NCBI RefSeq assembly: GCF_000143415.4
Contig: NW_003314334.1
Span: 814,108-878,107 of the forward strand
Length of the DNA stretch: 64,000 nucleotides
DNA from: Selaginella moellendorffii
Lineage: Eukaryota > Plantae > Lycopodiophyta
Reading direction: 5' to 3'
Shown here piece by piece: positions 11,929-24,730 of this stretch (position 1 is its first letter; each line of letters opens with the position of its first letter). The position numbers were made by a program, and so were the translations under genes. The notes below the pieces were generated by a model, which was not told the DNA's origin, searched no databases, and saw only the letters and a list, made by a program, of their open reading frames with translations.

Positions 11929-14900
11929 TTAAAACCTTTTCTTGGCGCCAAGCTTCGCGAACTTCACGTCTGGGTTGCGGGAGACGCCGGGCGACGAAGA
12001 GGACGAAGAGACGCTCCAGAGCGACGAAGATTGATCCTTGCCTTTGCTCGCGGCGGCGGATTTGGACGATCGCAGCAGCGGATGCTTGATCGCGCCGCCC
12101 GGGTTCTTCCCCATTCCATTCGCGACCAGCCAGCGCGATCCGGATTGCTGCTGCCGCTGGCTCCCCCAAGCTTGCTTCTTGGAAGAACTCCTGGAGGAAG
12201 AGGAGATCATGGAGCTGGGCTCGTCCACCGCGGAGCTCAGCCCCGCGACGTGGATGCCAGTCACCTTGAACTGTGGCTCGGCTTCCATCGCCGCTGCTCG
12301 ATCGTCTTCTTCCTCGTCCATAGCTCTTGCTGTTGATTCCTCCTCGTCCTCCAGCTCCGGCTCACTGTTTCCTTTGAGCGCCACTCGCTTCCACAGCTTT
12401 GGCCGCGGCGACACCATCACTCTCTCCGCCTCGACCAGCGCCATCATCGGTGCTCCAACCGGCTCGAAGTTCCTCAGTGGATCTCTCAGCTGGACGAGCA
12501 TCGCGAGCGTGAGAGTCTTTCCCATCTTTCCACCACCGCCGCTAGCACCACCTCCGCCATCACCATCGCCGCTAAGATTGAGCACCAGGTCCGCGGTAGT
12601 GGCCGCTTCATCCGCATGCGCTGCTCGGTGTGCCGCCATGACCGCCCTCGTCTTCTCGCTCGCCTCCTCGTCATCGTCCAGTCCCGCGTCCAGTCGCATC
12701 CACTCGTCCAGCGAGAGAGACATGGAGATCATCCCATCCGAGGATGGAGCTTCCAGTAGCAGCGACGAGCTTGACGATGATCCCTTGAGTAGCGGGACGC
12801 TCGCGGAGGCCTCGACCGAGTATGGAGCTTCCTCGTCCGCCATGTCGCACTGGATCTTGAGTCCTTGCATTGCCAGCTGCTCAATCTTTTCCATGGCCAC
12901 CGGCGCGAGCTCGTCCAGTGACACGAACTCTCCCGCCTCCCGCGATCGTTGAGCAGTGATCGCTTTCTTGGCCCTGGAAGGCTGATAAAGTGCCGAGGAA
13001 GAGGCTGGGATCGCAAGAGCTTTGCTGCTGCTCCCATCTTCCAGAGCTAAGCGGTTGGATTCGAGCAGCGCAGCATCATATCTGCGAGAATTAACCATCG
13101 ATCAAATGAGTCAAGGAAAGATCACTACTTCTGGCAAGCTTTCTCAGCGGTGAAAACAAGATCATTCTCGGTGGTGAAACAAGAGTAAACTACTTAAGAA
13201 AATCACGAAAAGGTGGTGGAAGAATATCAAGAATATCACGAGAAAGAAAAGGTGTATCGAGACTATCACGAGAAAGAGAGAACCACGATCAAAACCAAGC
13301 TCTCCAAGAACCATCGATCAAGCGAGCAAGCAGACACTACTTTGGACGAGGAAAACCATACCTTCGATTGCTCTCCTCCAAGCAAACTTGCCCCTCGAGC
13401 GCGATTTGCTCCACGCTCTTGCCCGTGATGTCCTCGAGCGGCATCGCCTCCATGGCCTGCGCCGCCATGCTCTCGCTCCCCGCAGCCGCAAAGTTGCGAA
13501 GAACATCCATAGCGCTCGCTCCCATGTCCGCCGGCACCACCACCGGCTTGGAGACGTGCATCACCAGCTTGCCATTGTTCTTCTTCCTCTCGCCAACACT
13601 GCTCTCGAACAGCGCCGGATCCATGGATCGCAAGCTCCCGCCATCGGCAGTGGGAACGCTGGATCCAACCCCGGGAGCAAGCGCCGGCAGCTCCTCCGCG
13701 AGCTTGGATCTCGGCACGAGAGACTGCAGTTCTTCCGGGTTGAGAGACGAAGAAGATGGTGGCGACCCGTGGAAGATCTTCTCGTCGAGACCCCACTCCT
13801 GGAGCAGCGCCTCGGCCTCGGCGTCCTCGAGCATCTTCGCGCGAGCTTTGCTCCGAAAAGCTTGCGTCGCCTTTTGGAGCTCCGACTCGGCCGCGTCCAT
13901 GATCGATGCTAGCTCCTTGTCATCGTCGTCGCTGTAGCTCCAATCCTCCGGGACGATCTTTTCGGCCACTGGCGCTCGAGCTTGCTCGACCGCTTGGCCA
14001 CCTTTGTGTTCTTGATCTTCTTGGAGCTTTGGCGCTTGATCGTCCTCCAAGCCGAATCCTTCGAGCATGGATTCCTTCTCGAATTGCTTGAGCAGTAGAG
14101 CTCGCGGAGACTCCGACTCTTCTTCTTCCTCCTCTTCTTTCCCACCGCCGCCACCATCGCCGCCACCTTCTTGGAGCATATCCAGGAACTCATCCGCGAC
14201 GATCTCATCGTCGTAGTCGTGATCGCCCACCATCTTCTCATCCGTTCCAGCTCTGTCTTTGATGTCATAATCCGCCACCTTGATCGATTTCGATTCCTGG
14301 CGAGCTGCCCAGCCCGGATTCTTGAGGCTGTCAAACAGATAGTCCCGCTCAAGCTCCTGCTTCCAGTCGTAGTCCTGCTGCTTCCAATCCATGTTCTCGG
14401 CCTCCTCGTCGATTTTCTTCCGGTCGACGGTCTCGGCCGCCCCCTCTCGATCGATTTCTTTGGATTCTTGTTCCTCAACTTGGTGTCCTTGGAGATCATT
14501 TGTAGCACCATTTTCTTCTTCGTCGTCTTCCTCCTCAAACTTATAGTCCAAGCTTTGCTGTTGCTCATCCTCTTGCTGCTCCTGTTCTTCCACTTCTCTC
14601 GGCTCGTCTGGAACACTACTCTCCTTCCGATCCATCGGTGCGATGGACCCGCTAAACTCCTCCAGCACGCTCGTCTCCACGCCCTTCTCCACAACTCCAA
14701 ACTCCGCGGCATCGTCCAGTTGCTCCACATCTTCCACAGCATGTTGCTGCTGTTCTTCCTCGCGCTCTTGGCTCCGTCCCGGAGTCCCCGGAGCAATCGC
14801 CGCATCAATCTCCGGAAACAAGGACTTCCCGCGCCGATGATCGCTCAATACTCCATCCATGGACGTCCGGGTGGTGGTGTTGGCAGTGGCGCTGGTGGCG

Positions 14901-16039
14901 GGAATGGCCTTGAAAGTTGGCGGTGGCGGTGGAAGTCCCTGCGGCCGTGGTGGCGGCGGCTCTTCCGGATCATCCAGCTTGAACTGATCCATCCCAGCGA
15001 AATCCTCGTGCTCGTTCCCGGGCTCCGACGCTGCCGGCGATCCAAAGTCCGCGACGCTGCTCGACGTCTTCTTGTGGAACTTGGAGCCGTGCGGCGAATT
15101 CGGCAGGCTGTTGAACGACCGCGACACCGCTCCGCCGCTCCGGATCGCTGGCGACTGCCCGAAACGTCCGCTACTTCCCATGATCTTGCTGCCACCGCCA
15201 CCGCTCTCCAAGATCTCATACCCGAAAGTCACCGAGAGAGAGCTCCCTTTGGCCTTGCCCGAGAGTTTGAAGCTCGTGTTCCAGGCGGTGGTGGCGGTGG
15301 GCTTGGCGGCGCCGCTGGATTCCTGCGATGGGAGTATCCGGCTGAGGTCGAGCTGGTGCTTGCCAAGATCGAGCTCCTCCACGTCCATTGCCACCACCGA
15401 GAGCGTGAAGGACTTGGCCATGTACTTGATCGTCCCGGAGGACTTGCTCTTGGATCCATAGACTGTGCATCGAAAATGGAGGATCTCCTGGAACTCGGTG
15501 CTGCCGTGCGAGGCCCTGGCGGGCATGGTCTGGACGCCAGTGTCGCGGTGGCGGAGCTGGACTTGGAGGCGAAGCCCATTCATGGAGGATGGGAGCTTGT
15601 CGATGGAATGGACGTGGGCGGAGAACTCGCAGGGGAATCGCTGCTGGCCGATGTGTGAGAGCGCGCGGAGTGGCTTCCAATTCCAGAAGCCTTTCTTGTG
15701 ATTGCCCCCGCCGGCCAGCCTCGCCGCGTCGATCTCTTCCTCCTCTGCTAACGATTCGTCCAGTTCTTTATCGCCGGTGGTGTTCTTGCGGCCAATGTCG
15801 GAGATGGAGTGCCTGGATTCCAGCGCGGAGGGATTGGGCGGAGCTTTCTGGGGACGACCCACTGCCTCGCTCACTCTCCGGCGGTGACCCATCTGATCAA
15901 ATTCGCGTCTTGGCGCTGGATTCGTGGTGGGCGCCTGGCCGATCTGGGCTTTGTACAGAGCTTGGCTCAGAGCTTCTAGTTCTTGGAGGAGAGCTCCTCC
16001 TCCTCCTCCTCCTCCACTAGGATTTTTGGAGGCCTTCAT
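11929..16039 (-). CDS. PMIR1: PLASTID MOVEMENT IMPAIRED1-RELATED protein (NT-C2 domain), 2 exons (intron 13082-13361)
   Basis: LLQELEALSQALY, FWNWKPLRALSHI, NT-C2 (LGKHQLDLSRILP, WNTSFKLSGKAKG), ESPRALLLKQFE, VSKPVVVPADMG, MPLEDITGK, SLDEWMRLDAG, LVQLRDPLRNFEPVGAPM, SGSRWLVANGMGK, RNPDV. Confidence 0.92.
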
Positions 16040-16599
16040 CAATCGATTCCCTCCTTTTCTTTCTCGATTTCTTCTGGCTCGCTCATCGATCCATGGACTC
16101 GCGATTGAAAAAAACCTCTTTTTATATTACCTCGTGAGTGGAGCTTCTTGTTCTTCTTCTTGTTTGCGCGATTTTCTTTCTATTTCTTCGCCATCGCCGT
16201 CGTCTCGCGCACTGGCTGGGAACACTCCGATAAGGGGATAAACAAGTACACGAAACAAAGGCAAAAAAATCGGCCCAAGGAAAGAAAAATGATAAGAGAA
16301 GGAGTTCTCGTGTGATTGATTGATTCCAATCCAATCTCTCAAAGGTTCGTAAATCATTAAAAAATCCATCCCCAGCTTATCTCCCCCACACATTGCCGCA
16401 AATCTCGAAAATTTTTTCTTCTTTTTGTCTTTGTTTGTTCTTGGCAGTTTGCTGCGATATTCGTGTGGTTCCCGACACTGCACCATTCCTTTTCCAGCCT
16501 TCCTTTAAGGGTTTAGTTAAAGGTTCTTAAACCCTAAACTAATATTATCAACTAACTATTCCGTACGAAAAATGTTCTTGCTCAAGGTTTTATAAAATC

Positions 16600-17253
16600 T
16601 CAAACAAAGTTAGATCGGACTTGGTCAATGCTACGCTCGTCCAAGAAGAAAGTCTTCTCGAGCACCTCGTCCGGCACCTCTGGGCGGGATCCAAACATGG
16701 ATCTTGCAATGAACTGGATTCCGGGAAGCTGGGAGTTGAGAGTGGCGATGATCTTCGCGTTGGTCCTTCCCACGTTCATCTGCCAGTGGATTAATCCGCG
16801 AGGAATCACCATGACTTCTCCCCTGTTCATCACTCGGGCAAACAGGCGATTGTCCGCGGTGACGATGGCGGCGTAGACGGTCCCTTCTTCTACGTAGACC
16901 ATCTCCGAGGCTCTGGGATGGGTGTGTGGGGGGATGATCCCTTCCGGGAGAAAATCGAGCCTAGCGATGGAGAGACCCAAAGTGTTGAGGCCTGGAAATC
17001 TCAGCACGGTCCCGAAGATGGCGCCAGAGCGATTGATGTTTGTGGTGTTGGAGGAGTTGACGATCCCGCTGTAGATGAAATCGTCCACAGTAACTGTGGA
17101 CGAGTTCGTGCACGGGAATCCATTGATCCCGGGGACAATGTTGAGATCTCCGATGCAAAAGTCCTGGAGTGGATCTGGATCGGATGAAACGACTGCGCAC
17201 ACGAAGAATGCGAGCAAAGCAATCCAGACAGCGTGAGATTTGGAGAGAGCCAT
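16600..17253 (-). CDS. Germin-like protein type A, copy 1 (intronless)
   Basis: Signal peptide, SDPDPLQDFC, germin boxes GIIPPHTHPRASE and GEVMVIPRGLIHWQMNVG. Confidence 0.95.
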   Translation of the reverse strand: MALSKSHAVWIALLAFFVCAVVSSDPDPLQDFCIGDLNIVPGINGFPCTNSSTVTVDDFIYSGIVNSSNTTNINRSGAIFGTVLRFPGLNTLGLSIARLDFLPEGIIPPHTHPRASEMVYVEEGTVYAAIVTADNRLFARVMNRGEVMVIPRGLIHWQMNVGRTNAKIIATLNSQLPGIQFIARSMFGSRPEVPDEVLEKTFFLDERSIDQVRSNFV

Positions 17254-17429
17254 AGTTGAAGAACTGGATGAAATCTTTGATCGGAGACGAGTCGATCGCT
17301 GGATTTGTGATGAAGAACCATTGCCTTGAATGATATATATACCTGGAAAACGTGATAGTACTTGGATGCTGCGCGTACACACTAATTTGGAAAGCCGAGT
17401 GAGCCACCATGTTGGAACACGAAGTTTCA

Positions 17430-18845
17430 ATCACATTTTTGGTCAAGGTCAGCGGGAAGAGTAAGTAAAAGTCGCATTTTGAATAACTGGAATATATATT
17501 TTACTTTGCTTTTAAAAACATATTTCTCACCAGCTACGAAGTTCAATGATCGATGACCAAGGTAACGTTCAATGATCGATGACGATCAATGACCAAGGTA
17601 AAGTATGCATACATTAAGCTTCGTGACCCATTGACACCCAATTGACAATGAGATTCAAACAAGCGTCCAACGAAGTATCTTTTGAAAGCATCAATGACTA
17701 ATTTTTATTCAGTGGAAGTTGTAACGTATCCAATATCTTGCTCCGAACCTCCAATGTTCATACGTGCGGATAATACCAGCGAAGCAAGCAGGTGACCCGA
17801 CCACAGCGAGCTTTGCCCAACGGACGAGTACTGGGGATCCACCTGTACAGGGGGACTGTATACGTAATGTGCTTGTAACAATACGACCACGACGTTCGAG
17901 CTCATGCAGTTGAGCTCTGGAAAGACAGTTTGGAAGAGGTGGACTCGCATCTTTTGTGTTACAAGGGATACGAGACATTGTACTACACAGAGTCGGGAGG
18001 TCGCCGGGACAGTTGAACGAGTACAAAAGTTCAAGGCAGTGAGCCGCTGTTTCTCCTATGACATCAGGAAGATGCTTGGTGACGCTGGAGAAGATTCAAT
18101 CCTTGCAATGAAATTCTTCTTTTCCTAGGCTGTCTACCACCAACCTCTAGGACTCATTCTCACTCAAGCTGATGGTAAGGCAGTCGGTGACGGTATCTGG
18201 TGCGAGATCGAGGCCGCCGCCGAGACTCGGATCAGCCACCAGCTCCCATGGTATCCTCCACTTTTGGCCGTCATGCCAGAGCATAATCGTCTGAACACTG
18301 AACATCAAACAGTTCCTCTTACACTTTCCTCATGCTTGTTCTGACTCGCCATTGCATCGATATCCTGCAACAACAATACATAAGCTGAAGAGAGCGCGAC
18401 GGAGTCGTACCTGGATAATCTCTAATTAGGATTTCTGGGATGGGAAAGCCGAAGCAGCAAGGAATGGATGGTATTACTTACTGCCTGAAGGGTCGGCAGA
18501 AGTTTTGCAAGGCATTGATGCTGCTCCAAAAGAAGAAGAGTAAGCGATCAAAAGTGAAGAGTTTCATGGGCCTGGACCCGCGAAATGTTGATATTTGCAG
18601 GAAACTCGTGTTTATTATAAAGTTTGTAGGGGAAAGTGTCTCAACTTCTTCGTATCCGAATGAAGTCTAAAATTAAAACATCTGAAGGGTCGATCTATCC
18701 ATTTATATGGGACCTTTACTGGATCTGAAGCTTTTTGCTTTTGCAAAGATGTGCAATTTTCTAGCGAAGAGGTTATAGCTCTTTGCTTTTCTGGCTATTT
18801 TCTTGATAGAATCCAGGAAAAGAATTTTATAAACGGGGCAAAATC
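17430..18845. repeat. Inter-GLP spacer with unidentified coding-like relic; inverted copy at about 32000-33400
   Basis: Near-identical reverse-complement match, e.g. ORF pieces KKKSKRSKVKSFMGLDPRNVDICRK and GDGIWCEIEAAAETRISHQLPWYP occur in both. Confidence 0.9.
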
Positions 18846-19499
18846 TCATACGAAGTTGGATCGGACTTGGTTGATGCTACGCTCGTCCAAGAAAAAAGTC
18901 TTCTCGAGCACCTCGTCGGGAACCTCTGGCCGAGATCCAAACATGGATCTTGCAATGAACTGGATTCCGGGAAGCTGGGAGTTGAGAGTGGCGATGATCT
19001 TCGCGTTGGTCCTTCCTACGTTCATCTGCCAGTGGATTAATCCGCGAGGAATCACCATGACTTCTCCCCTGTTCATCACTCGGGCAAACAGGCGATTGTC
19101 CGCTGTGACGATGGCAGCGTACACGGTCCCTTCTTCTACGTAGACCATCTCCGAGGCTCTGGGATGGGTGTGTGGGGGGATGATCCCTTCCGGGAGAAAG
19201 TCGAGCCTAGCGATGGAGAGACCCAAAGTGTTGAGGCCTGGAAATCTCAACACGGTTCCGAAGATGGCGCCAGAACGATTGATGTTTGTGGTGTTGGAGG
19301 AATTGACGATTCCGCTGTAGATGAAATCGTCCACCGTGACTGTGGACGAGTTCCTGCATGGGAATCCATTGATCCCGGGGACGACGTTGAGATCTCCGAT
19401 GCAAAAGTCCTGGAGTGGATCTGGATCGGATGAAACTACTGCGCACACGAAGAATGCTAGCAAAGAAATCGAGAGGGCGTGAGAACTGGAGAAAGCCAT
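18846..19499 (-). CDS. Germin-like protein type A, copy 2 (divergent signal peptide MAFSSSHALSISLL)
   Basis: Same mature protein with germin boxes; distinct 5' flank. Confidence 0.95.
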   Translation of the reverse strand: MAFSSSHALSISLLAFFVCAVVSSDPDPLQDFCIGDLNVVPGINGFPCRNSSTVTVDDFIYSGIVNSSNTTNINRSGAIFGTVLRFPGLNTLGLSIARLDFLPEGIIPPHTHPRASEMVYVEEGTVYAAIVTADNRLFARVMNRGEVMVIPRGLIHWQMNVGRTNAKIIATLNSQLPGIQFIARSMFGSRPEVPDEVLEKTFFLDERSINQVRSNFV

Positions 19500-19774
19500 A
19501 TCCAAGCCCAGATCGAGGAAAGAGGAAAATCTCGATATTAAGTTCTCGGAGATGAATGTACTACTGGATTTGTGATGAGAAATCATTCCCTTGAATGATA
19601 TATATATACTAGGAATTGCGACGCTACATGGATGTTTCCCATACACACAGAAGAATTTGAAAGCGAGTGAGCCACCATAATGGAACACCATCAGATTTAA
19701 GGTCAACGAGAAAAGTCAAAGCTGTCGATCTCATTGCAAGAAAAGGGCCACGGGTTTTTCGCTGGAAAATTTGG

Positions 19775-20045
19775 GCTCCAGTAATCTCCACTCCCATTGC
19801 CAAAGTGATGGACTTCCCTCCCACCATCTTGGATGTTCTTGAGGATCCTCAGCTGCGGTCCTTGTTCCACCTATCGCCTCTGTCACCAAGTCATGCCCCC
19901 AAATCATGCTCCTGGGGCAGCCAAGATCATCCAAGTGGACATAAACATAAACTTTCGTCCAGTAGAAGAACCTCACTGCCTCGTTGAAATGCTCCCGCAA
20001 TGCAAAAAGCATGCACCACGAGACTCGATTTCTGTCCGGCATTAC
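19775..20045 (-). pseudogene. Collapsed PPR-DYW remnant
   Basis: MPDRNRVSW..HFNEAVRFF..VYVHLDDLG, then EQGPQLRILKN..HHFGNGSGDYW; collinear with the 34.4-36.7 kb PPR-DYW gene but with large internal deletions. Confidence 0.75.
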
Positions 20046-20243
20046 AGGCAACAAGAATGGTCATCACAACGTCTTGGTCATGCCTTGGCCCGAATGTCGA
20101 TTTTGCTGCCTTTTTTGTTTTGGCAGAAGGACAAAATTAAAAAAACTCGTCTCATTTTTCCGATGATTTTCAATTTTCAATTTTCAATCTTCAATGTCTA
20201 CCCCGGCAATTGGAGATGCTTCTACAAGTTGGTCCCAAGATTA

Positions 20244-21330
20244 TCATTTCTCTTGTTTCTTTTTAAATTCCTCCACGTAAATCTGCTGCAAGAAGGGGGT
20301 ACAGAACTTATCCTTGTACGCATATCTCGAATCCACTTGCCTGTCGATGCTAAAGTCGCCCACAATCTCCAGATCCCTTATTAACAGCCTCACAGCATAA
20401 AAAAGCCCATGGTCTACAAAAGTGGAAATGACTGAATCCCAGTCTTCCTTTATGTCTAACAGCTTGCCAACTTCCTTCAGTGTCAAGTCGGGCGATTCAG
20501 GCCAGCGTCCGGCATGGGATCCACATCTATAAGATCACACAGTTTCGCAGTAGCAACTTCTATGCAGACCCTGTCTAGGATATTCAGCGAGTGCGGATGA
20601 TTGGCTGCATAATACTCCACTTGTTGACGTCTACACGGGTCATCAGCTATACAACGGCACCTAGAACCGAAGCCTGCTTGCACTTGTTCCTCCAAACGTA
20701 AACATCACAACCTATTAGTGACATGCAGCAAGTGAAGCGACCACAAACCTTGGTGAAGCCTTCTGTTCTTAAGACTTTGATCCTGCCCTTCCGTATTTCC
20801 TGTAGTGCATAGCATCAGACGACATCCCTAAGATCACCTTGTAGCTACAGAGAACATCCATTATCGACTCGTTGGAGGCGCTCCTTGGCATCATACCTCC
20901 ACTACACTGGGTCCAATCCCTCAACACCTTCGACAATGAATGATATCCTCGCCCAAACCCATCCGATCCTCCAGAAAAGCCTTGAGCGAAGCGAGATCCC
21001 TTACAGTGTCGGCCATGACGTTGGGCTGCTAGGCGTACGCAAAATTGAGCGCATCAATAAATAAATCAATGAGGCAACTGCTAGCTCGTTCCATAAGCAC
21101 AGTACTATGGTCTTCTTTGGAGCTGCAGTGCAAAGGAGAGAGGCAAATGCCCTGAGCCTTGCAAGATTTGTCATCGCCCTTGGCCAGTATCTCCTCTCCG
21201 GGAAGCATATCAAACCACAACAGAGCATCGGGCAAGCATACCACATTGATTGCTACCAAAGTAGGAACTTTGTTTACCTTGTGGACATCGATCAGCTTCC
21301 AGGTGGCAGCAGGTTCGAGGGTCAGCTTTG
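20244..21330 (-). pseudogene. Disrupted coding relic, possibly Crinkler-type P-loop NTPase
   Basis: Ordered fragments NVVCLPDA, DALNFAYA*, FIVEGVEGLD, KVILGMSS, EGFT, YYAANHPHSL, FCTPFL, with stops and frameshifts; no intact Walker A. Confidence 0.35.
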
Positions 21331-21608
21331 AACTCTAACTGATAGTGTATTATTAAATAAACTATCCTTAGTCAATGTTTGACTTTCTCCACCTTGACCA
21401 AAAATGTGATTCATCGGTTCCAGTATGGTGGCTCACTCGGCTTTCAAATTCTTCCCACTCTCACGAGGAGTGTGTACGCGCAGCATCCAAGTAGCATCAC
21501 ATTTTCTAGGTATATATATATCATTCAAGGCAATCGTTATTCATCACATCCAGCGATCCACTCGTCTCAAAGATTCATCCAGTAGTTCTTCCCTCTTGAG
21601 CATCAACT

Positions 21609-22262
21609 ATGGCTCTCTCCAAATCTCACGCTGTCTCGATTGCTTTGCTCGCATTCTTCGTGTGCGCAGTAGTTTCATCCGATCCAGATCCACTCCAGGA
21701 CTTTTGCATCGGAGATCTCAACGTCGTCCCCGGGATCAATGGATTCCCATGCAGGAACACGTCCACAGTCACGGTGGACGATTTCATCTACAGCGGAATC
21801 GTCAACTCCTCCAACACCACAAACATCAATCGCTCTGGCGCAATCTTTGGAACCGTGGTGAGATTCCCAGGCCTCAACACTTTGGGTCTCTCTATCGCTA
21901 GGCTCGACTTTCTCCCGGAAGGGATCATCCCTCCACACACCCATCCCAGAGCCTCGGAGATGGTCTACGTAGAAGAAGGGACCGTCTACGCCGCCATCGT
22001 CACAGCGGACAATCGCCTGTTTGCCCGAGTGATGAACAGGGGAGAAGTCATGGTGATTCCTCGCGGATTAATCCACTGGCAGATGAACGTGGGAAGGACC
22101 AACGCGAAGATCATCGCCACTCTCAACTCCCAGCTTCCCGGAATCCAGTTCATTGCAAGATCCATGTTTGGATCTCGGCCAGAGGTTCCCGACGAGGTGC
22201 TCGAGAAGACTTTTTTCTTGGATGAGCGTGGCATCAACCAAGTCCGATCCAACTTCGTATGA
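21609..22262 (+). CDS. Germin-like protein type A, copy 3
   Basis: 217-aa ORF with signal peptide and germin boxes. Confidence 0.96.
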   Translation: MALSKSHAVSIALLAFFVCAVVSSDPDPLQDFCIGDLNVVPGINGFPCRNTSTVTVDDFIYSGIVNSSNTTNINRSGAIFGTVVRFPGLNTLGLSIARLDFLPEGIIPPHTHPRASEMVYVEEGTVYAAIVTADNRLFARVMNRGEVMVIPRGLIHWQMNVGRTNAKIIATLNSQLPGIQFIARSMFGSRPEVPDEVLEKTFFLDERGINQVRSNFV

Positions 22263-22479
22263 GATTTTGCCCCGTTTATAAAATTCTTTTCTGAAAATAG
22301 CCAAGATCATCGCACACATAGATAGTGACCAATCAACAGAGAGAAAGGTTCCTTTGCTAACTTCACAGATCTCACAGAAAAAGTCTGCGTTGAATGGATA
22401 CCACTAAGAGGGTTCAAACTCATGCTGGGCGTGGTTACCTCCGCAAATCCTTTCATCAAAACCTCTCTTTTTTTCATAC

Positions 22480-23675
22480 TTTTCTGTTGCGTGTTTCATA
22501 GTTGTAGATAATTTTTCTCATGTTCTCGGGAACTCTTCTGGGGTCAAGATGCTCAACTCTTTTAACGACGTCCCTGTTGCATTTGGTGATGTCTTGGGAC
22601 TTGCTTGGAAAGAATTTGGGAACACGAGGTCTTTTAAAAGCTACTGAATCCAGCACAGCTGTGCTCTTTGTTGTACAACCAAATATGTATGATCAGTTCT
22701 GGCTGGAGAAATATCTTCACGAGCTGTATCTATTTTCTCTCTTCGTTGATGTTTTGTTCCTTGACTTTGCGTCACTCACGGTGCCAGCATGATTCGTCAA
22801 ACGCTAACTGAACTTTAATCTGAAGCGTATCTCTCTTCCAATGGAACGCTTTCTGTGTGAGTGCAATCGTTGTTTGGATCCTTTTCTTTTGTTTCGCAGT
22901 GATGGGCATCTTGTCGCAGTTGTCTACTACAGATCAGGCTATGCACCCACGGAGGATCCTTCCGAGCTGGTATATGTCAGTCATTCGTGGCTATTTCTTT
23001 ATTTTCGTTTTGTTTCGCTACAAGGAATGGCACGCGAGATTGCTGCTGGAGCGTTATAAAATTCCATGGATCTCATGCCACTTAGCTGGAACCAAAAAAG
23101 TGCAACAAGAGCTTGCCAAGCCGAATGTATTAGAAAGGTACCGCCATCCTTTTGTTTCAGCACTCCAAGGTTTGTTCAAGACAAGAAAAACGCCGCGGAG
23201 ATCATTTGTGAGTTCTTTGCGGGGCTGTGGGGCCTCAACGAAGAGAGTTACGAGATCAGCAACAAACAGCCAGAGCTATTTGTTCTAAACCCTCAATGCG
23301 AAGGGCGGTGGTGAGTTTTGCCTTTCCAAGTTTCTCTCATCGTTTTCGCGTCTCACAGGAACAACAAATATGGCAGCGCCGTGAAAGCGAAGCTACTGGG
23401 AGACGGAGGTGCCGGGCTTTCGGCTTATATCCTCATGCAGCGCATCTTCCCACCGGCGTACACGTCTTATCCCGTGCGAGGAGGCGAGTGGAGCGCCGAG
23501 AAAGCAGTCTCGGAGCTGGGAATCTTTAGCACATACCTGTCTACTCTCTCAATTTCTTGCAAGGAATGACGAAAGACAAATCGCCAACAAGGATTGTGGC
23601 TACTTGCTGAGAACAAAAGCCTCGAAAGTAGATGAGGAAAGCGTCGACACCGCTTGACAGCGTCTATCTCTAAAT
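22480..23675 (+). pseudogene. Glutathione synthetase (GSH2-like) pseudogene fragment
   Basis: [80 protein letters not shown]; retains introns, has frameshifts and deletions. Confidence 0.9.
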
Positions 23676-24076
23676 AAACAAGTGAAAAACTTAAGGGTAA
23701 ATGATAAATTTCTAACGTATAATTTCACTTCTTGAAGAGTTGCGCTTTCTCACCATTTTTTGGTGAAGGAATTTGATCTGCAATGTACTCTAGAACAAAA
23801 GCTGCTTAATTTCCAAAATTCCAAGCGTGTTTAGAGAGCTATTTTCAAAATGAGGAGACTTGTAACCTTTGACCAAAAACGTATTTCAAACTTCGCGTTC
23901 CAGATGGCGGCTAAGGGGGCGGCCGGCTCACTCGGCTTTCCAAATTAGTGTCTACGCGAAGCATCTAAGTACTATCACATTTTCGAGGTATATTTATTAT
24001 TCAAGGTAGTGGCTCTTCATCACAAATCCAGCGATCCACTCGTCTCCAATCAAAGATTTCATCCAGTTCTTCGACT

Positions 24077-24730
24077 ATGGCTCTCTCCAAATCTCACGCT
24101 GTCTCGATTGCTTTGCTTGCATTCTTCGTGTGCGCAGTAGTTTCATCCGATCCAGATCCACTCCAGGACTTTTGCATCGGAGATCTCAACGTCGTCCCCG
24201 GGATCAATGGATTTCCATGCAGGAACTCGTCCACAGTCACGGTGGACGATTTCATCTACAGCGGAATCGTCAATTCCTCCAACACCACAAACATCAATCG
24301 CTCCGGCGCAATCTTTGGAACCGTGGTGAGATTCCCGGGCCTCAACACTTTGGGTCTCTCCATCGCTAGGCTCGACTTTCTCCCGGAAGGGATCATCCCT
24401 CCACACACCCATCCCAGAGCCTCGGAGATGGTCTATGTAGAAGAAGGGACCGTCTATGCCGCCATCGTCACAGCGGACAATCGCTTGTTTGCCCGAGTGA
24501 TGAACAGGGGAGAAGTCATGGTGATTCCTCGCGGATTAATCCACTGGCAGATGAACGTAGGAAGGACCAACGCGAAGATCATCGCCACGCTCAACTCCCA
24601 GCTTCCCGGAATCCAGTTCATTGCAAGATCCATGTTTGGATCTCGGCCAGAGGTCCCGAACGAGGTGCTCGAGAAGACTTTCTTCTTGGACGAGCGTGGC
24701 ATCAACCAAGTTCGATCCAACTTCGTATGA
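24077..24730 (+). CDS. Germin-like protein type A, copy 4
   Basis: 217-aa ORF, germin boxes (VPNEVL variant). Confidence 0.96.
   Translation: MALSKSHAVSIALLAFFVCAVVSSDPDPLQDFCIGDLNVVPGINGFPCRNSSTVTVDDFIYSGIVNSSNTTNINRSGAIFGTVVRFPGLNTLGLSIARLDFLPEGIIPPHTHPRASEMVYVEEGTVYAAIVTADNRLFARVMNRGEVMVIPRGLIHWQMNVGRTNAKIIATLNSQLPGIQFIARSMFGSRPEVPNEVLEKTFFLDERGINQVRSNFV

Noticed and set aside
14171-15658. 495-aa plus-strand ORF and similar ORFs at 12038-12952
   Set aside because: Antisense shadows of GC-rich PMIR1 coding sequence; no motifs.
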